From Octopus sinensis (taxonomy: Eukaryota): 64,000 bases of DNA. The number at the start of each line of letters is the position of its first letter. The first letter of the stretch is position 1. The notes under the pieces are model-generated. The model was not told the origin of the DNA, searched no databases, and saw only the letters and a list, made by a program, of their open reading frames with translations. This document shows, piece after piece, positions 1 through 12,896 of this stretch. The translations under genes and the position numbers were made by a program. The stretch spans positions 30,566,001 to 30,630,000 of the forward strand of contig NC_043009.1 in NCBI RefSeq assembly GCF_006345805.1. Reading direction: 5' to 3'.

Positions 1-194
1 ATAAACATGAATTAGCATAATAATATTATTAGCTAATAACAATAACAACGATATTGAGAATAGTGATAACGATATATATATATGAATGTATGTGTGACTG
101 CGAGTATGTTATATAGTTATATATAAACATACAGACATAACACAAACATATGTATGTGTTATAAACGTACATGCATGTAGATATAATGTATAAC

Positions 195-725
195 TTAGAT
201 AACTTTGGTAACTTCAATGCTTCGATCAAAAATTGGCCTCAACCATGTCTAACTTAATATCACCACCTGATAGGATTTGCTAAATCCTTTTTAAGTCAAG
301 CTTTGTGGTACCATGGTCCATTCTAGTAGGGAGTTCTTATTGAGTGAGTTGTATCCAGGTATAAGTGGCTTATCTGGCATTCCTTGAGGAATTTTGACCA
401 GGCTCTGTTTAAAGATAAGATCTTTTTCCTCTTTGATTTGCGTTGGGACAATATTAAATAGGGCCGGGCCTGTTGAGGGCAATAATTTATGTTGCAATGT
501 ATTTATGTGATCCTGAACTGTGTAGGGGACGTATAGCACCTGATCTTAGCCTTGGATGAATTATAAGGTAATGTTAATGTTATTGGAGCAATAGTATGTG
601 CAAACGATATATCGATTACAGCGGCGCTGGAGGGAATAGACATTCAATACTTTAAGGCGGTCCCAACAATCAAGATCAGTCATGTCCCTAATTCTTTTAG
701 TGGATACCTCTGGGATGGGTGATTC
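195..725 (-). mobile_element. CR1/L2-group LINE 3' fragment (decayed ORF2 C-terminus + 3' UTR)
   Basis: Minus-strand translation across stops and frameshifts: TKRIRDMTDLDCWDRLKVLNVYSLQRR...TGPALFNIVP...KPLIPGYNSLNKNSLLEW, matching the post-RT C-terminus of CR1/L2-like LINEs. Confidence 0.8.
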
Positions 726-747
726 AATATAATATTATATATATATA

Positions 748-812
<65 letters not shown>

Positions 813-1728
813 TATTAAGAGGAGGGTTAGAATATTTAGGCAGATACCGAATTTCTCGATGCATATATTATCAATATGTATACACATACACACACACACA
901 CACACTCACTCACACACACACACACTCATATATATACTGTGTGTGCGTTTACGTTAATCTAACCTGAATAGTCGTACCGCACAATATATCAAATATCTTA
1001 AAATTCTGAAACATTTTCAGAAGAGGCACATGCAAGTGTAAAAACAAAACCAATAAATAAAACAGAAAAAAATACAAAAAAAAGAGGAAATTATAAGTAT
1101 CCAGAAATCCATGTCAGTTCGATGGAGAAAGATGACTGTGTCATCAATACAACTGCAGTAATGAGAAACTGAAGCTATTTCTAACTTTAATATTAGCAGC
1201 AAGTTTTTCATATTTATTTATCACCAGAGAATTATATCTCGATTTGTTTTCCGTCGCGTACTTTTCTTTTAGAATCAATTTCAATTTCTTGTTATTTGGT
1301 CACGGGAATGAATGAAAAAAAAAAAAAAAAAAACTGAATTCATCATTATTGGCTTGATAAGATATAACTATCTGTCTTCGTTATACCATTTCTCCATAAA
1401 TCATTATGTCTTGTGAATCAATTTCGCTCTCCATTTCTTTGAGTGTACATATACACGCACGCACACACACATTCAGCTATGTGTTTTTATACATATGATA
1501 TATATATATATATATAAATGCACACACACACACATATATGTATATATACATATGTAAGCATACACACACGGGTATATGAATTTAAAATATATGCAATAAT
1601 ATATTCATATACATGTGTGTGTATGTATATATATACATACATATATGTGCACACACATATACATATATATGTTATATACATATGTACATTACATGTATCT
1701 ATACACAAATATACACATGCGCATGTAT

Positions 1729-1785
<57 letters not shown>

Positions 1786-1930
1786 GTGAAATAGAAGATG
1801 AATAATCTTGTAGTAGATTAATCAAATGTTTAACCGATACCTTAGTAGCAAAAATCACAGCAGTAAACAGCACGGTTGGAGGTACAACCATCTGGCGTTG
1901 CAACCGTGCGTTGGTGCGGATAATTGAAAT

Positions 1931-2237
1931 TAAAACATTATTGGTGAATTGAAGAAATGGAGCTGAACGCAGATTGAACAGAAATCGTTTTATTTCATTC
2001 TACACGTGTTTCGAAAGGCACAAATTACCAAAATCCGATTGAATAATGGGACCATATTGTGTCTTTCTCTTCAGGAAGAAAAAAGGAAATCCGTTGGAAA
2101 AACAAAAACAGAACAGAGGCGGAGCAAAATGGTAATTTGGTAATTTGTGCCTTTCGAAACACGTGTAGAATGAAATAAAACGATTTCTGTTCAATCTGCG
2201 TTCAGCTCCATTTCTTCAATTCACCAATAATGTTTTA
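1931..2237. mobile_element. Fold-back element (about 102-bp inverted arms 1931-2032 / 2136-2237), Penelope-like pLTR derivative
   Basis: The arms are essentially exact reverse complements, the left arm plus spacer carry a hammerhead motif, and the right end runs into (TA)n. Confidence 0.8.
1998..2077 (-). ncRNA. Minimal type-I hammerhead ribozyme motif (long stem II)
   Basis: Minus strand: UUC CUGAAGA GAAAG-[43 nt]-CUUUC GAAAC ACGU GUA GAA. Stem I UUC/GAA, stem II GAAAG/CUUUC, stem III AC/GU with palindromic ACGU loop, GUA cleavage triplet. Confidence 0.8.
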
Positions 2238-2530
2238 TATATATATATGTATATTCATATACGCATGCATGACTATGTACGTCAGTATGCATTTATATAT
2301 GTGTGTGTGTTTGTGCATGTATCTCTCTATGTATGCATGCTGAGTGGAATTTGAAGTTTCGGTTAGCTGCTTCGTTCTACTCGGGACCAAATATTTCTTT
2401 CCTTATACTTCTGCGCTGCCTGCAATGCTGGCGGAATAATTCATATGGCGAAGTTTCAGTTTCATTTAACACTATCACTACAGATAATTTCACACTTCTT
2501 TATTCACTGAATTAGCACCATTCTTAAATT

Positions 2531-2612
<82 letters not shown>

Positions 2613-3221
2613 TTGTATGCATGCGCGTGTATGTAAGTATGTATGATTGTACTTACGTACGTCTGTATACATGTATGTATGTAGTGTAGGACCAGTCGAT
2701 TGATCGTGGTAAAATACGGTTAGTTTTTCCATAAACATGGCTGGTATAGAAAATATAAATAAAATCGATAATTGGTGAAGGAAATTTATTACTTTATGCT
2801 ACAGCTGTTTCAAAAGTATCTCGTGCATATCGTCCTCCGCAATGGAGAATGCAGCAGCAAACCGGGCAAGCAGAGAGAATTAACAAAATGGGAGTAGAGA
2901 ATGGAATCGGTATAAAATAAATAGCGTGTTTTATTTACCAATTCCGTGGTTGATAGGAGTGTGTTTTAATTTCGTTATTAGTATACACTAATAATTGCCA
3001 TAGCTGCAGTAGATTATAATCTCATTAACGTATGTATAGCGTCAATAATGAGCAGCCGAGACCTGGATGTTTATTGCTTAGGATAGATAAATACAAGTAA
3101 TGAAAGCTTATACGGGGGAAAGAGGAAACAGAAAAGAATGGGAGAGCGATAGAATAAGAGAAAAAAAGAACACTGGTTCACATATACAAATATAAAGAGA
3201 TAATACGTGGAAACCCCGTAT

Positions 3222-4110
3222 GTTAAATCAAATCAAATTTATTGGCAGGAGAAGAGCACCATGTGCTTAAGGGATGTAAAAAAAATCCAGTTATTTTATA
3301 CACTTTTATACTTAGTTGCCACGGTTGTCCAGAGCCTCTTTGAACAGGCTAGTGGTGGGCAGTTGAATGACATTTTGTGGTAACTTGCTCCACGGGGCTG
3401 CGTTACGGAGGGAGAATGCGGCCTTCTGCCTGTTGGACCGAAAGTGTCGGGGATAGAGTTTACAATCATGTCCACGAAGACCCCTATCCGGCGCAGGGGT
3501 GGAAAAACTCCGCAAATGGTTCCAGGATGGGTCTAACTAAAGTGACGTATAAAGGCCGAAAGACGTCTATTGAAAGGTTGAGATTGACAAAGGATCAGCG
3601 GATGAGGAAAATATTCCTTCTGGCTTTTTTTCGCCGCCTCGATACACTGCCGTGTTGGTTTGAAAGTAGTATCGATCATTATGCCAAGATCCTTTTCTTC
3701 AGTGACTATCATAAGATGCTGGTGTTTGAGACCAATAGTCAAGGGAGAATTTTGACGTGAACCTATTGGCAAATGGCTGCATTTTGAGGCGTTCAAGGGC
3801 AGATCCCATTCTTCCGCCCAGTTCCAAGCTCGGTTCCGCGACGATTCGAGTATGTCGTATTGATTCCTAGGCGAGACGAGTTTGAGAATCTGGCAGGTCA
3901 TTGATATAGAGAAAAGTATTGTCCCCAGCACCGACCCCTGGGGAACACGACTGCAGACATTCGCCTCCGTGGAGAGATCTCCATTTATCTGAACCCGAAA
4001 GGTTCGATGGCTCAGGGAGGAAGAAATCCACAAAGGCACCAATGTGCGAATCTTGTATCCATGAAGTTTGTGCAAGAGAAGTCGGTGATTAACGGTCGAA
4101 TTCTAGGAGA
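3222..4110 (-). mobile_element. CR1-clade LINE fragment (RT through 3' end)
   Basis: TVNHRLLLHKLHGY..RTFRVQING..VPQGSVLGTILF..EEKDLGIMID..RGHDCKL..AFSLRNAAPWSKLP..FKEALD, frameshifted. Ends in a short (ATTTG)n-like tail near 3222. Confidence 0.9.
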
Positions 4111-4590
4111 CGATGTGTGGATGTGGATTAGCCTAGTACATTTCCCAGACTTGTAGCTCTTGACAGCTGATCTATTACATAAGATACTTTCAAATTCCTC
4201 CGAGTTTCAACTTATAGTTTTGTTTCTTATTCCCAAATGCCCAACAACATTAGACAAATGTGCATGAGAGTTCTTTTTTCAGCATCTGATGAATGTTATG
4301 CACCTATAACTATATATATAACATTATTCCATGTTTTATTTTGGCTTTTTGTTCCACGAGTTTTTACCCTGCTATTATCATTAATTAGCCCCCAACATGC
4401 TTCTGCATGTATGCCTGTATTGTGTGTGGCTACATACATACCCGACATGATAGCTTTATTTAAATACTCTACGATACTATTTGTTTGTAAGAATTTTATG
4501 ACTGTGTAGGTAATTGTATTTATTTTATATTCATTGATGTTTTTGGTATATGCGTGTGTAACAGGTACGTAGATACATGTTTGTATTTTG

Positions 4591-4662
4591 TTCTATTCTA
4601 GCCTCGGACCGACCAAAGCCTTGTGAGTGGATTTGGTAGATGAAAACTGAATGAAAGCTGTC

Positions 4663-4665
<3 letters not shown>
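4591..4665 (+). mobile_element. SINE fragment (family of 24143-24545)
   Basis: gcctcggaccgaccaaagccttgtgagtggatttggtaga..aaactga..gtcgtata, shared with the full copies. Confidence 0.8.
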
Positions 4666-4728
<63 letters not shown>

Positions 4729-5000
4729 ATATATATATATATACATACGTATGTGTATATATATATACACACACATATGCATATATACATATATATATAT
4801 GCACATATATACAGACGGATATATATACACACATATATATATATATATTATATATATATATATATATACATATACAAATGCATATATATATATGCACATA
4901 TATGCAAATGTATATATAATACACATATATGTATCTATATAAATATATACACATATATATATGTATATAAATATTTTTGTGTGTGTGTGTGCATCTTTAT
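4660..5000. repeat. Compound (TA)n/(TACA)n/(TG)n microsatellite
   Basis: Directly visible. Confidence 0.95.
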
Positions 5001-5587
5001 ATGTTTATGTAAGCTTATATTCTGCGCCTGTGATTATATGCATATACAGATATGCTTCCTATGCCTATGTCTACGTAGCTTCTCTTTATATTTGTGTGCG
5101 TGAACCAGTTTACTCATCCGATTATACATACACGTAACCTTCTACCGTCACCTTACTTTTTACTAATTTTCCTTCTTTTTCCTTTTCTTTTACTTTTTCA
5201 TTTACCCATTCTTTCTCTTCTCCCCCTACCCCCAAATGTGTTTTATTACTGACATTTATCTCTCCTAAGCAATAAACATCCCAGCTCTCTATTGAATGAA
5301 ACGAGCGTAAAACTAAAACTTGCGGAGATGTGCTCGTATAGCAAATGACATGATCTTAGATCGTGTGCTGAAACAAAAACAATTGCAGCTTGGGAGATAT
5401 TTGTAAGCCATTCAAGAACACACAAAAAACAATCCGCTCCCAAGACAATGCTTGGTACCACATGTAGAGTGGAGTTTATCTCTTCTGAAAACTTGCTACT
5501 GAGTAATCTACACTAAAGTTATTTAGAAGTAAAATGGTCGCATTAACTGTGTGATTAAATAAGTCCAACAAATATATATATATATAC

Positions 5588-5717
5588 ACTTTATTAAAAA
5601 GCAGCAAAAATATCACAAAAACTGTTACTCAGAGTTCGTCGAACATTCTAAACAAAACTGTCCGTCAAACGGGAACGTGAAACTCTTTGTGATATTTTTG
5701 CTGTTTTTTAATAAAGT
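5588..5717. mobile_element. Small fold-back with split, degenerate hammerhead-like motif (PLE-type)
   Basis: Arms ctttattaaaaagcagcaaaaatatcacaaa / tttgtgatatttttgctgttttttaataaag. The right arm has CTGT CCGTCAA ACG GGAA CGT GAAAC TCT; the left arm (-) has AACTCTGA GTA ACAG. Confidence 0.55.
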
Positions 5718-5798
5718 ATATTTCTCTACCTCTGGTATTCACGTACTATTTTTCCACCTTGTTTTGCATCTGTGTGGCTTATTCTGATATATATATAT

Positions 5799-5847
<49 letters not shown>

Positions 5848-6018
5848 AATATTAGGGAATAAATCCAAATTTACAGGGAAAAAATCAGATTTAGGATTAA
5901 ATCCAATTTTATAGAAAAATATTATAAAATATTATTAGAGACAAAACCACTATTTTGCAAAACAAACAAGGAAAGACTTAATCAATACATAAATTTTAAT
6001 AAATAGTCAAAAAAACCG

Positions 6019-6060
6019 CCACTACAATTGTTTCTTGTCTTGATCGACAATCTCAGGTGG
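6019..6060 (-). ncRNA. Hammerhead motif with a 1-nt deletion in the catalytic core (likely inactive)
   Basis: Minus strand: CCAC CUGAGA UUGUC GAUCAA GACAA GAAAC AAUU GUA GUGG (the partner copy has CUGAAGA). Confidence 0.7.
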
Positions 6061-8676
6061 ACTTCCAATCTAAAATATCAATATTTTAAAATATAAAAAT
6101 AATAATTTTAAAAATAATTAAAGTATGAATGAAAAAATATAAATATATAATCCATATATAACCTATATATAATCCATATATAATCAATATAAAACAATAT
6201 ATAAACTAAAATAAACCTATCAACAATTAAATATAAAATATAAAATATAAAATATAAAATAAAACAAAACAAAAAAATAATAATAATATAATAATAAACT
6301 ATATATACACCCATACACATATACCTAATTATATATAACCATATCTAACTACATACACTAAATCACACACCTATATATATCCCTATACATACACATAAAA
6401 AACGTCTAGGCAACTATAGATAATAAAATAGCTAAAACTTCAACACAATACTTATTCATACTCCCACACACACACACATACAACCCACATTCACGCTCTA
6501 GAAAACGGACATCACTTAAAATTATGAACGAAGAAATGGAATAAATGGAATTAAAAATTATATTCACTTGGTAAAACGAACACTACTTAAAAATTATGAA
6601 TGAAACAATGCAATAAAACAACAGACATCGCAAATAGACACAAATTACTACGAATTCCTTAACAAACCTACCATGATAAACCAAAACTCAAAAAAACATA
6701 TAATGATAAAATCTCCCTTTACTAAACTCTATAACATACCTATATAGCAATCCCCCTAACCTAACATTCACACACAAATACACACACGTAAACCACACCC
6801 ACGACATATACAAATACCACAACCACTTACACTACCTATACATACATATAAACCTCAACATATACTCCAAAACCCACTCAACCCCACACAGACAAATAAC
6901 ACAAAAATTATGAATGGATTCTTTTTATAAAACTACCATGATAAGCTAAAACTCACAAAACATAAATGATAAAACCTCCCTTTACTAAACACTATAACAT
7001 ACTTATATAGCAATCCCTTTAACCTATACATTCACACACAAATACACACACGTAACCACACACCCATAACAAATACAAACACCCCACCCCACTCACACAC
7101 CACCCACAAGTACATATAAGCCTCAACATATACACCAAAACAATTACTTTACCAAGGAACTTAACATTTGTATAAAAAGTATAACCGCTCTGGAAACGAA
7201 CATCTTTTAAATAATGAATGGAGAAATGGAATAATAAATGGAATTAAAATAATATTCACGTGGCAAAACGAACACCACTCAAAATTATGAATGAGACAAT
7301 GTAATAAAACAACCAACATCGAAAATAGACAATTACCACGAATTCCCTAAAAAAAACCATGATAAACCAAAACTCTTAAAAACATATAACGATAAAATCT
7401 CCCTTTGCTAAACTCTATAACAAACCTATATAGCAATCCCCCTAACCTAAACATTCACACACAAAAAACACACACGTAAACACAGACCCACGACTTATAC
7501 ACATACCTATACTAACTTATAAACCTCATATACACCAAAAACCCACTCCCTCCCCACACAGACAATTAACACATACATCCCAAAACCTAAATAACAAACC
7601 CATATACACATTCACACACAAACAACACACACACCGCAAAACACACACACACAACAGATACATATACTACTCCCTCACATATACGCATATAAACTCGATA
7701 TATACAACAATATTTACACACCCACACTCATACAGATAAATAATTATACAACTAAAAACTCACACACAATCTCATATACATAAACACTCCAATAAAAAAC
7801 AACATTAAATACATCGTAATTACCAGAATATCAAAAATAACAATATGACATAAGTAGAAATAAAATACATACTTACAAGTCAGTTTCAAATTATGAAGTG
7901 AAATTAAATTCTTAGCCGTTAAAAAAATCAAACCAAAATTACGTTACCATAGAAATATAACTTATGTAAAAAAAGAATACGCGCCATGGAAAGTAAACGT
8001 CATTTAAAATTATGAATGGAGAAATAGAATAAATGGAACTAAAAACTATATCCACGTGGCAAACCAACACTACTTAAAAAAATTTATTATGAATGGATTC
8101 TTTAATAAAACTACCATAATAAATTATTATATACATTTATGAGCTTTAGCTCATCTTAGCAGCTCTAACAAACAACTTGCAGTAACCCATTTATTCCATT
8201 TCTCCGTTCATAATTTTAGTGATGTCCGTTTTCTAGAGCGTGAATGTGGGTTGTATGTGTGTGTGTGGGAGTATGAATAAGTATTGTGTTGAAGTATTTA
8301 GCTATTTTATTTATTTATAGTTGCCTAGACGTTTTTATGTGTATGTATAGGGATATATATATAGGTGTGTGATTTAGTGTATGTAGTTAGATATGGTTAT
8401 ATATAATTAGGTATATGTGTATGGGTGTATATATAGTTTATTATTATATTATTATTATTTTTTTGTTTTGTTTTATATTTTATATTTTATATTTTATATT
8501 TTATATTTAATTGTTGATAGGTTTATTTTAGTTTATATATTGTTTTTATATTGATTATATATGGATTATATATAGGTTATATATGGATTATATATTTATA
8601 TTTTTTCATTCATACTTTAATTATTTTAAAATTATTATTTTTATATTTTAAAATATTGATATTTTAGATTGGAAGT

Positions 8677-8719
8677 CCACCTGAAGATTGTCGATCAAGA
8701 CAAGAAACAATTGTAGTGG
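8677..8719 (+). ncRNA. Minimal type-I hammerhead ribozyme motif
   Basis: CCAC CUGAAGA UUGUC GAUCAA GACAA GAAAC AAUU GUA GUGG. Stems I (CCAC/GUGG) and II (UUGUC/GACAA) are perfect; stem III AC/GU has a palindromic AAUU loop. Confidence 0.85.
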
Positions 8720-8834
8720 CGGTTTTTTTGACTATTTATTAAAATTTTATGTATTGATTAAGTCTTTCCTTGTTTGTTTTGCAAAATAGTGGTTTTGTCT
8801 CTAATAATATTTTATATATATATATATATATACA

Positions 8835-9945
8835 TAATTTCCACATGAACAGTGGTTTAGACCGCCTCTACTGAAAACGAAACAACGCGGTGGAGGCTTA
8901 ATATCCATCCAAAATACCTTTGAATGCCGCATCGTATCCCTTGGGCAACATCTTTTAACTACAAAGAGCATCCCTTGATTAAGTCTGCACATATGAGGCT
9001 GATAACGTCATAAGACTTGGAAGGTAGCTCCGTGAGCAACACTCTTTGTCTGATGATTTTGAATACATGCCCGAAATAAATCATACGACTCTACCGCAAC
9101 GTATCATCAGATGAAAGGATGAGCTTATATGAGCAGAAGATTATGCATGGATATGTTAGAAGAAAGCTCTAAGATCATAATAACATCGATCATCAAAGCA
9201 ACGTTTCATGGACCAATAGCCGAATTACCCCTCCCCCTCAGTTTGAAGGGTATGCGTTTGCAGTCCAAGAACAGGAAATAACAACCAAATACCTGATGAA
9301 CAAAAGTTATAGAGATGCAGGAAAATCAGCAAAATGTGATAACCTATGCAGACTATGTGGAGTTCATAATGAAGATATCACCTTCTTCATAAGCAGTTGT
9401 CTGAAACTGTCATCACGATATTATCTACCGATGAGACATGATATTGCATCTAGGACACTCTATAATGAAATCCGTCAGAAGGATAACCCCGATGACAAAG
9501 AAATAAGAACCCACCATATGGTAGAAGCCATAGCCACTCATAATAAAAAGAATACTGGTGAAAAAACTCAATAAAATGTAAACACAACATACCTGATATA
9601 ATGATTTGAGATAGAGAAGAGTAACTTTGCACAGTTGAGGAAACTAGCTGCCCAGCAGATCTTAACAGAAAGCTGGAGATCAATGAAAAAGAGAACACCT
9701 ATGCTGGACTATTGAGAAATCTACAGTTACTCTATCCAGATTAGAAGTCCAGGTTTATACCTTTGATTATTGGGGCCCTGTGATATGTAACACACTGCTT
9801 AAATACCAATCTTCAGAAATTAGGCTTCTCAAATCAGAAAGGAGAAACCTAATTCGAAGACTACAGATCCAATCCATCACTGGAACTGTAAAAATCTGTA
9901 AAATTTTCCAAATGTTTATTATCTAAATATATGAGCATGTTTAGA
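8835..9945 (+). mobile_element. R4/Dong-like (REL endonuclease) non-LTR retrotransposon 3' fragment, pseudogenised
   Basis: DRLY..KQRGGGLISIQ (post-RT motif), FAVQEQEITTKY, zinc knuckle CRLCG..SSC..RHD, PDIMIWD..ETSCP, FIPLIIGAL. Followed by a (CATA)n tract. Confidence 0.85.
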
Positions 9946-9994
9946 TATGTAACTAAATGCATGAGAATACATACATAAAACATACAAGTCTTCA

Positions 9995-10060
9995 CATACA
10001 TACATACATACATACATACATACATACATACATACATACATACATACATACATACATACA
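9995..10060. repeat. (CATA)n microsatellite / LINE tail
   Basis: Directly visible, downstream of the REL-type LINE. Confidence 0.95.
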
Positions 10061-10171
10061 GATACCCTGTTTTTGATGCTAAAATTTCAATGAAGGAGCC
10101 TTGGATCTAGGCAAAAAATCTTGAAGTAAACTGAATAATGACACGCATACATATACACAATGTTAATCCAT

Positions 10172-10495
10172 CGTTGTTGACAATGAACAGGACATTACAT
10201 GGAAGAAGAAGATGGGTCATAGTGCGTCCGGCTGTGGCCGGCCAATGCTAGATCGAAAGGTTCTGCCAGGTTGGCAGACAACTTTGTTCGAATACTTGGC
10301 ACTCGACTACACAAAAGTTTGTTTTACAGTGAACTGGAAGGCAAGTGATTCAAAAATGCACTCAAATCCTCACTGAACTACCCTCAGATCAACCCTGACA
10401 CCTGGAAAATGCAAGCACAGGACCGCCCTGCCTTGCATAGCTGCACCAAGGTAGGTAGTACCCCATACAAACAGAACAGGACCGCAGGAGCATAA
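10172..10495 (+). mobile_element. RTE (BovB-like) LINE C-terminal fragment
   Basis: KLFYSELEGK*FKNALKSSL..INPDTWKMQAQDRPA..KQNRTA resembles the RTE motif KLFYGEL..RFKDTLK..IDPDTWE.LAQDR.AW. Confidence 0.75.
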
Positions 10496-11655
10496 TGAAA
10501 ACAAATACATACATACATTCATATACACACACACATACGGAGCCACAAACACATGATGTTTTGTTGCGTAGTTTATATCAACGACGTTTAAATCACAAGG
10601 CATTCTCCGCCAATTTGAATTTAGAAATCTGTGCTATGTGCTATGTAAAGTGATTGAACTTCGATATACATAGTTACATATTGAGCTTAAATTTTGAATC
10701 GAGTTTTTAGATTCTTCTATTTAATTTTAAACAAATTACACATGATATTTTGTCTGTTGCAGGACATTAAATACCACGCCACTTAAGTTATCCAAACCGG
10801 AACGGTAAGCTCTTCGCAATACAGTAAACAATTTTGCGAAGGGGACTTTATTTTCTCTTCGGCTTATCAAGGAACTCCACAGAAATGAACGCTAAATGAA
10901 ATTATGATCCATGCAACTATTTTCAATAACACTGAAAAACATTCTACCAAATGAAGATAATTTTTTTCCTCATATATTTTATCGTTCACGTCTTAATCAA
11001 TTCCACTTGTTGCATAATCTTGTCATATCATTTTATTAACATATTTTATAAAATTTCTAGATCCAATTCCTAGATCCAAATTAAAATATCTGTTTATATC
11101 TAAATTAAAACCAAGAAAAATGAATCCGTATAATTAAGGATTCTATAATCGAAAACAAAACTGAATTATAAAAGAAATGAATAATATCACGAATGAAAAT
11201 TTAATATAATGATTATTAATGTATGTACAATATCTCAAATGAATTTATAATGAGAACTGACAGAAAGTTAGATAATCATAAAAATATAACTGAAGCTCGG
11301 ATTAAATTTGAAGTTAGAGAAAATATCAACTGACTTCATATTACTACCTGGCAGCGTTTTTTCCTAATGTATTTCTTCATTAATATGATGATGATCATCA
11401 TCATCTTCCTCCTCGTCTTTATCTTCATCGTGGTCATGATGATGATAACCAGTAGCAATAACAACAGCATCGTCATCATCATTACCACAAACACTACTAC
11501 CAATAGCATCAAACTAACTCCATCATCATCAACATCATCCTCTTAAACAGCTTGTTCAATACACATTCCTTGATTTCTATTCCTTATCACATACGTATAC
11601 ATACGTACATGTACATACACTGCATATTTGTATATATATATATATATATATAAAT

Positions 11656-11909
<254 letters not shown>

Positions 11910-12667
11910 TTATTTGTGATTTTCCCCTCCACCGTCGCTTTTACAGTCTCATTAGCGGCGATATTCAGAGTATGTAAAGAGCTATTATTCTTCGTTTCAG
12001 AAAGGTTTTGTTTGGATCTAATAATTTTGATTCGATGAGGGAATGATATTAGAGTCAGAACAATGGCCATCATCTTACAGACTCACACATACACAGAGTA
12101 AAATAATGCGCTTGTTAACTCTTAATAAATATTCAAACACTAATAAATAAACAATACTAGCAGATTTTCCTATTTAATAATATAACAATTGGACTTACAA
12201 AATAACAGAATATTTTTTTATGGATGTTGGGAGTACACTAGCAGCATTTTATGGCCTTTCCATATTAAGTGGGTTCTAGTGAAGGGATGGTAAAACGTCT
12301 ATCAGAGTAAATATATGCCTTATATAAAGAGACCTAAGCCCTTGTTTATACATCAGTGTCTACACCAAATTTTTTTCTATACTGTATTATATTCTAAATC
12401 ATTTATATCGCTTTATTAATCTGTTTCCGCTCTTATAACTTACAGCGTCTCAATATGTACATGCATAATCTGAACAAGCTGCGATTATTATACTTACAAA
12501 TCATATTTCTTCCTTATCAGATGTTTTTCATTATCTCCTGCAGCACTGCAATATATTGCATAAGCAGTAATATAGAATGCAAACAACACTATAAAAAATT
12601 ATTCACAGTCCAAATAAGCGAATATCTCTGCGAGGTCGCTCGATAGCAACCGAATTCCCTGTTTGTG

Positions 12668-12712
<45 letters not shown>

Positions 12713-12896
12713 CAAACACACATATATATATATATATATATATCGCTGTGAAGGCGCGCGTCTTAGTGGTTGGGGTATACGGCTCATGGTCTTCAGGTTA
12801 TGAGTTCGATTCTCAGTAGCGCCTTCTCTATCTGAGCAAGACACTTTATTTCACGTTGCTCCGGTCGTCTCAGCTTAAGAAAAATTATTAGTACCT

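Larger units (their letters stand above)
5845..8816. mobile_element. About 3-kb fold-back element: about 630-bp inverted arms (5923-6548 / 8187-8816) around an internally repeated A/C-rich spacer; PLE-like
   Basis: The arms are near-identical reverse complements, each with a hammerhead motif. Both outer ends abut (TA)n. The spacer has about 4 diverged sub-repeats. Confidence 0.85.

Noticed and set aside
6750-7450. CCCTAACCTAAC strings resembling telomeric repeats
   Set aside because: Only 1-2 imperfect units within the spacer sub-repeats; not a TTAGGG array.
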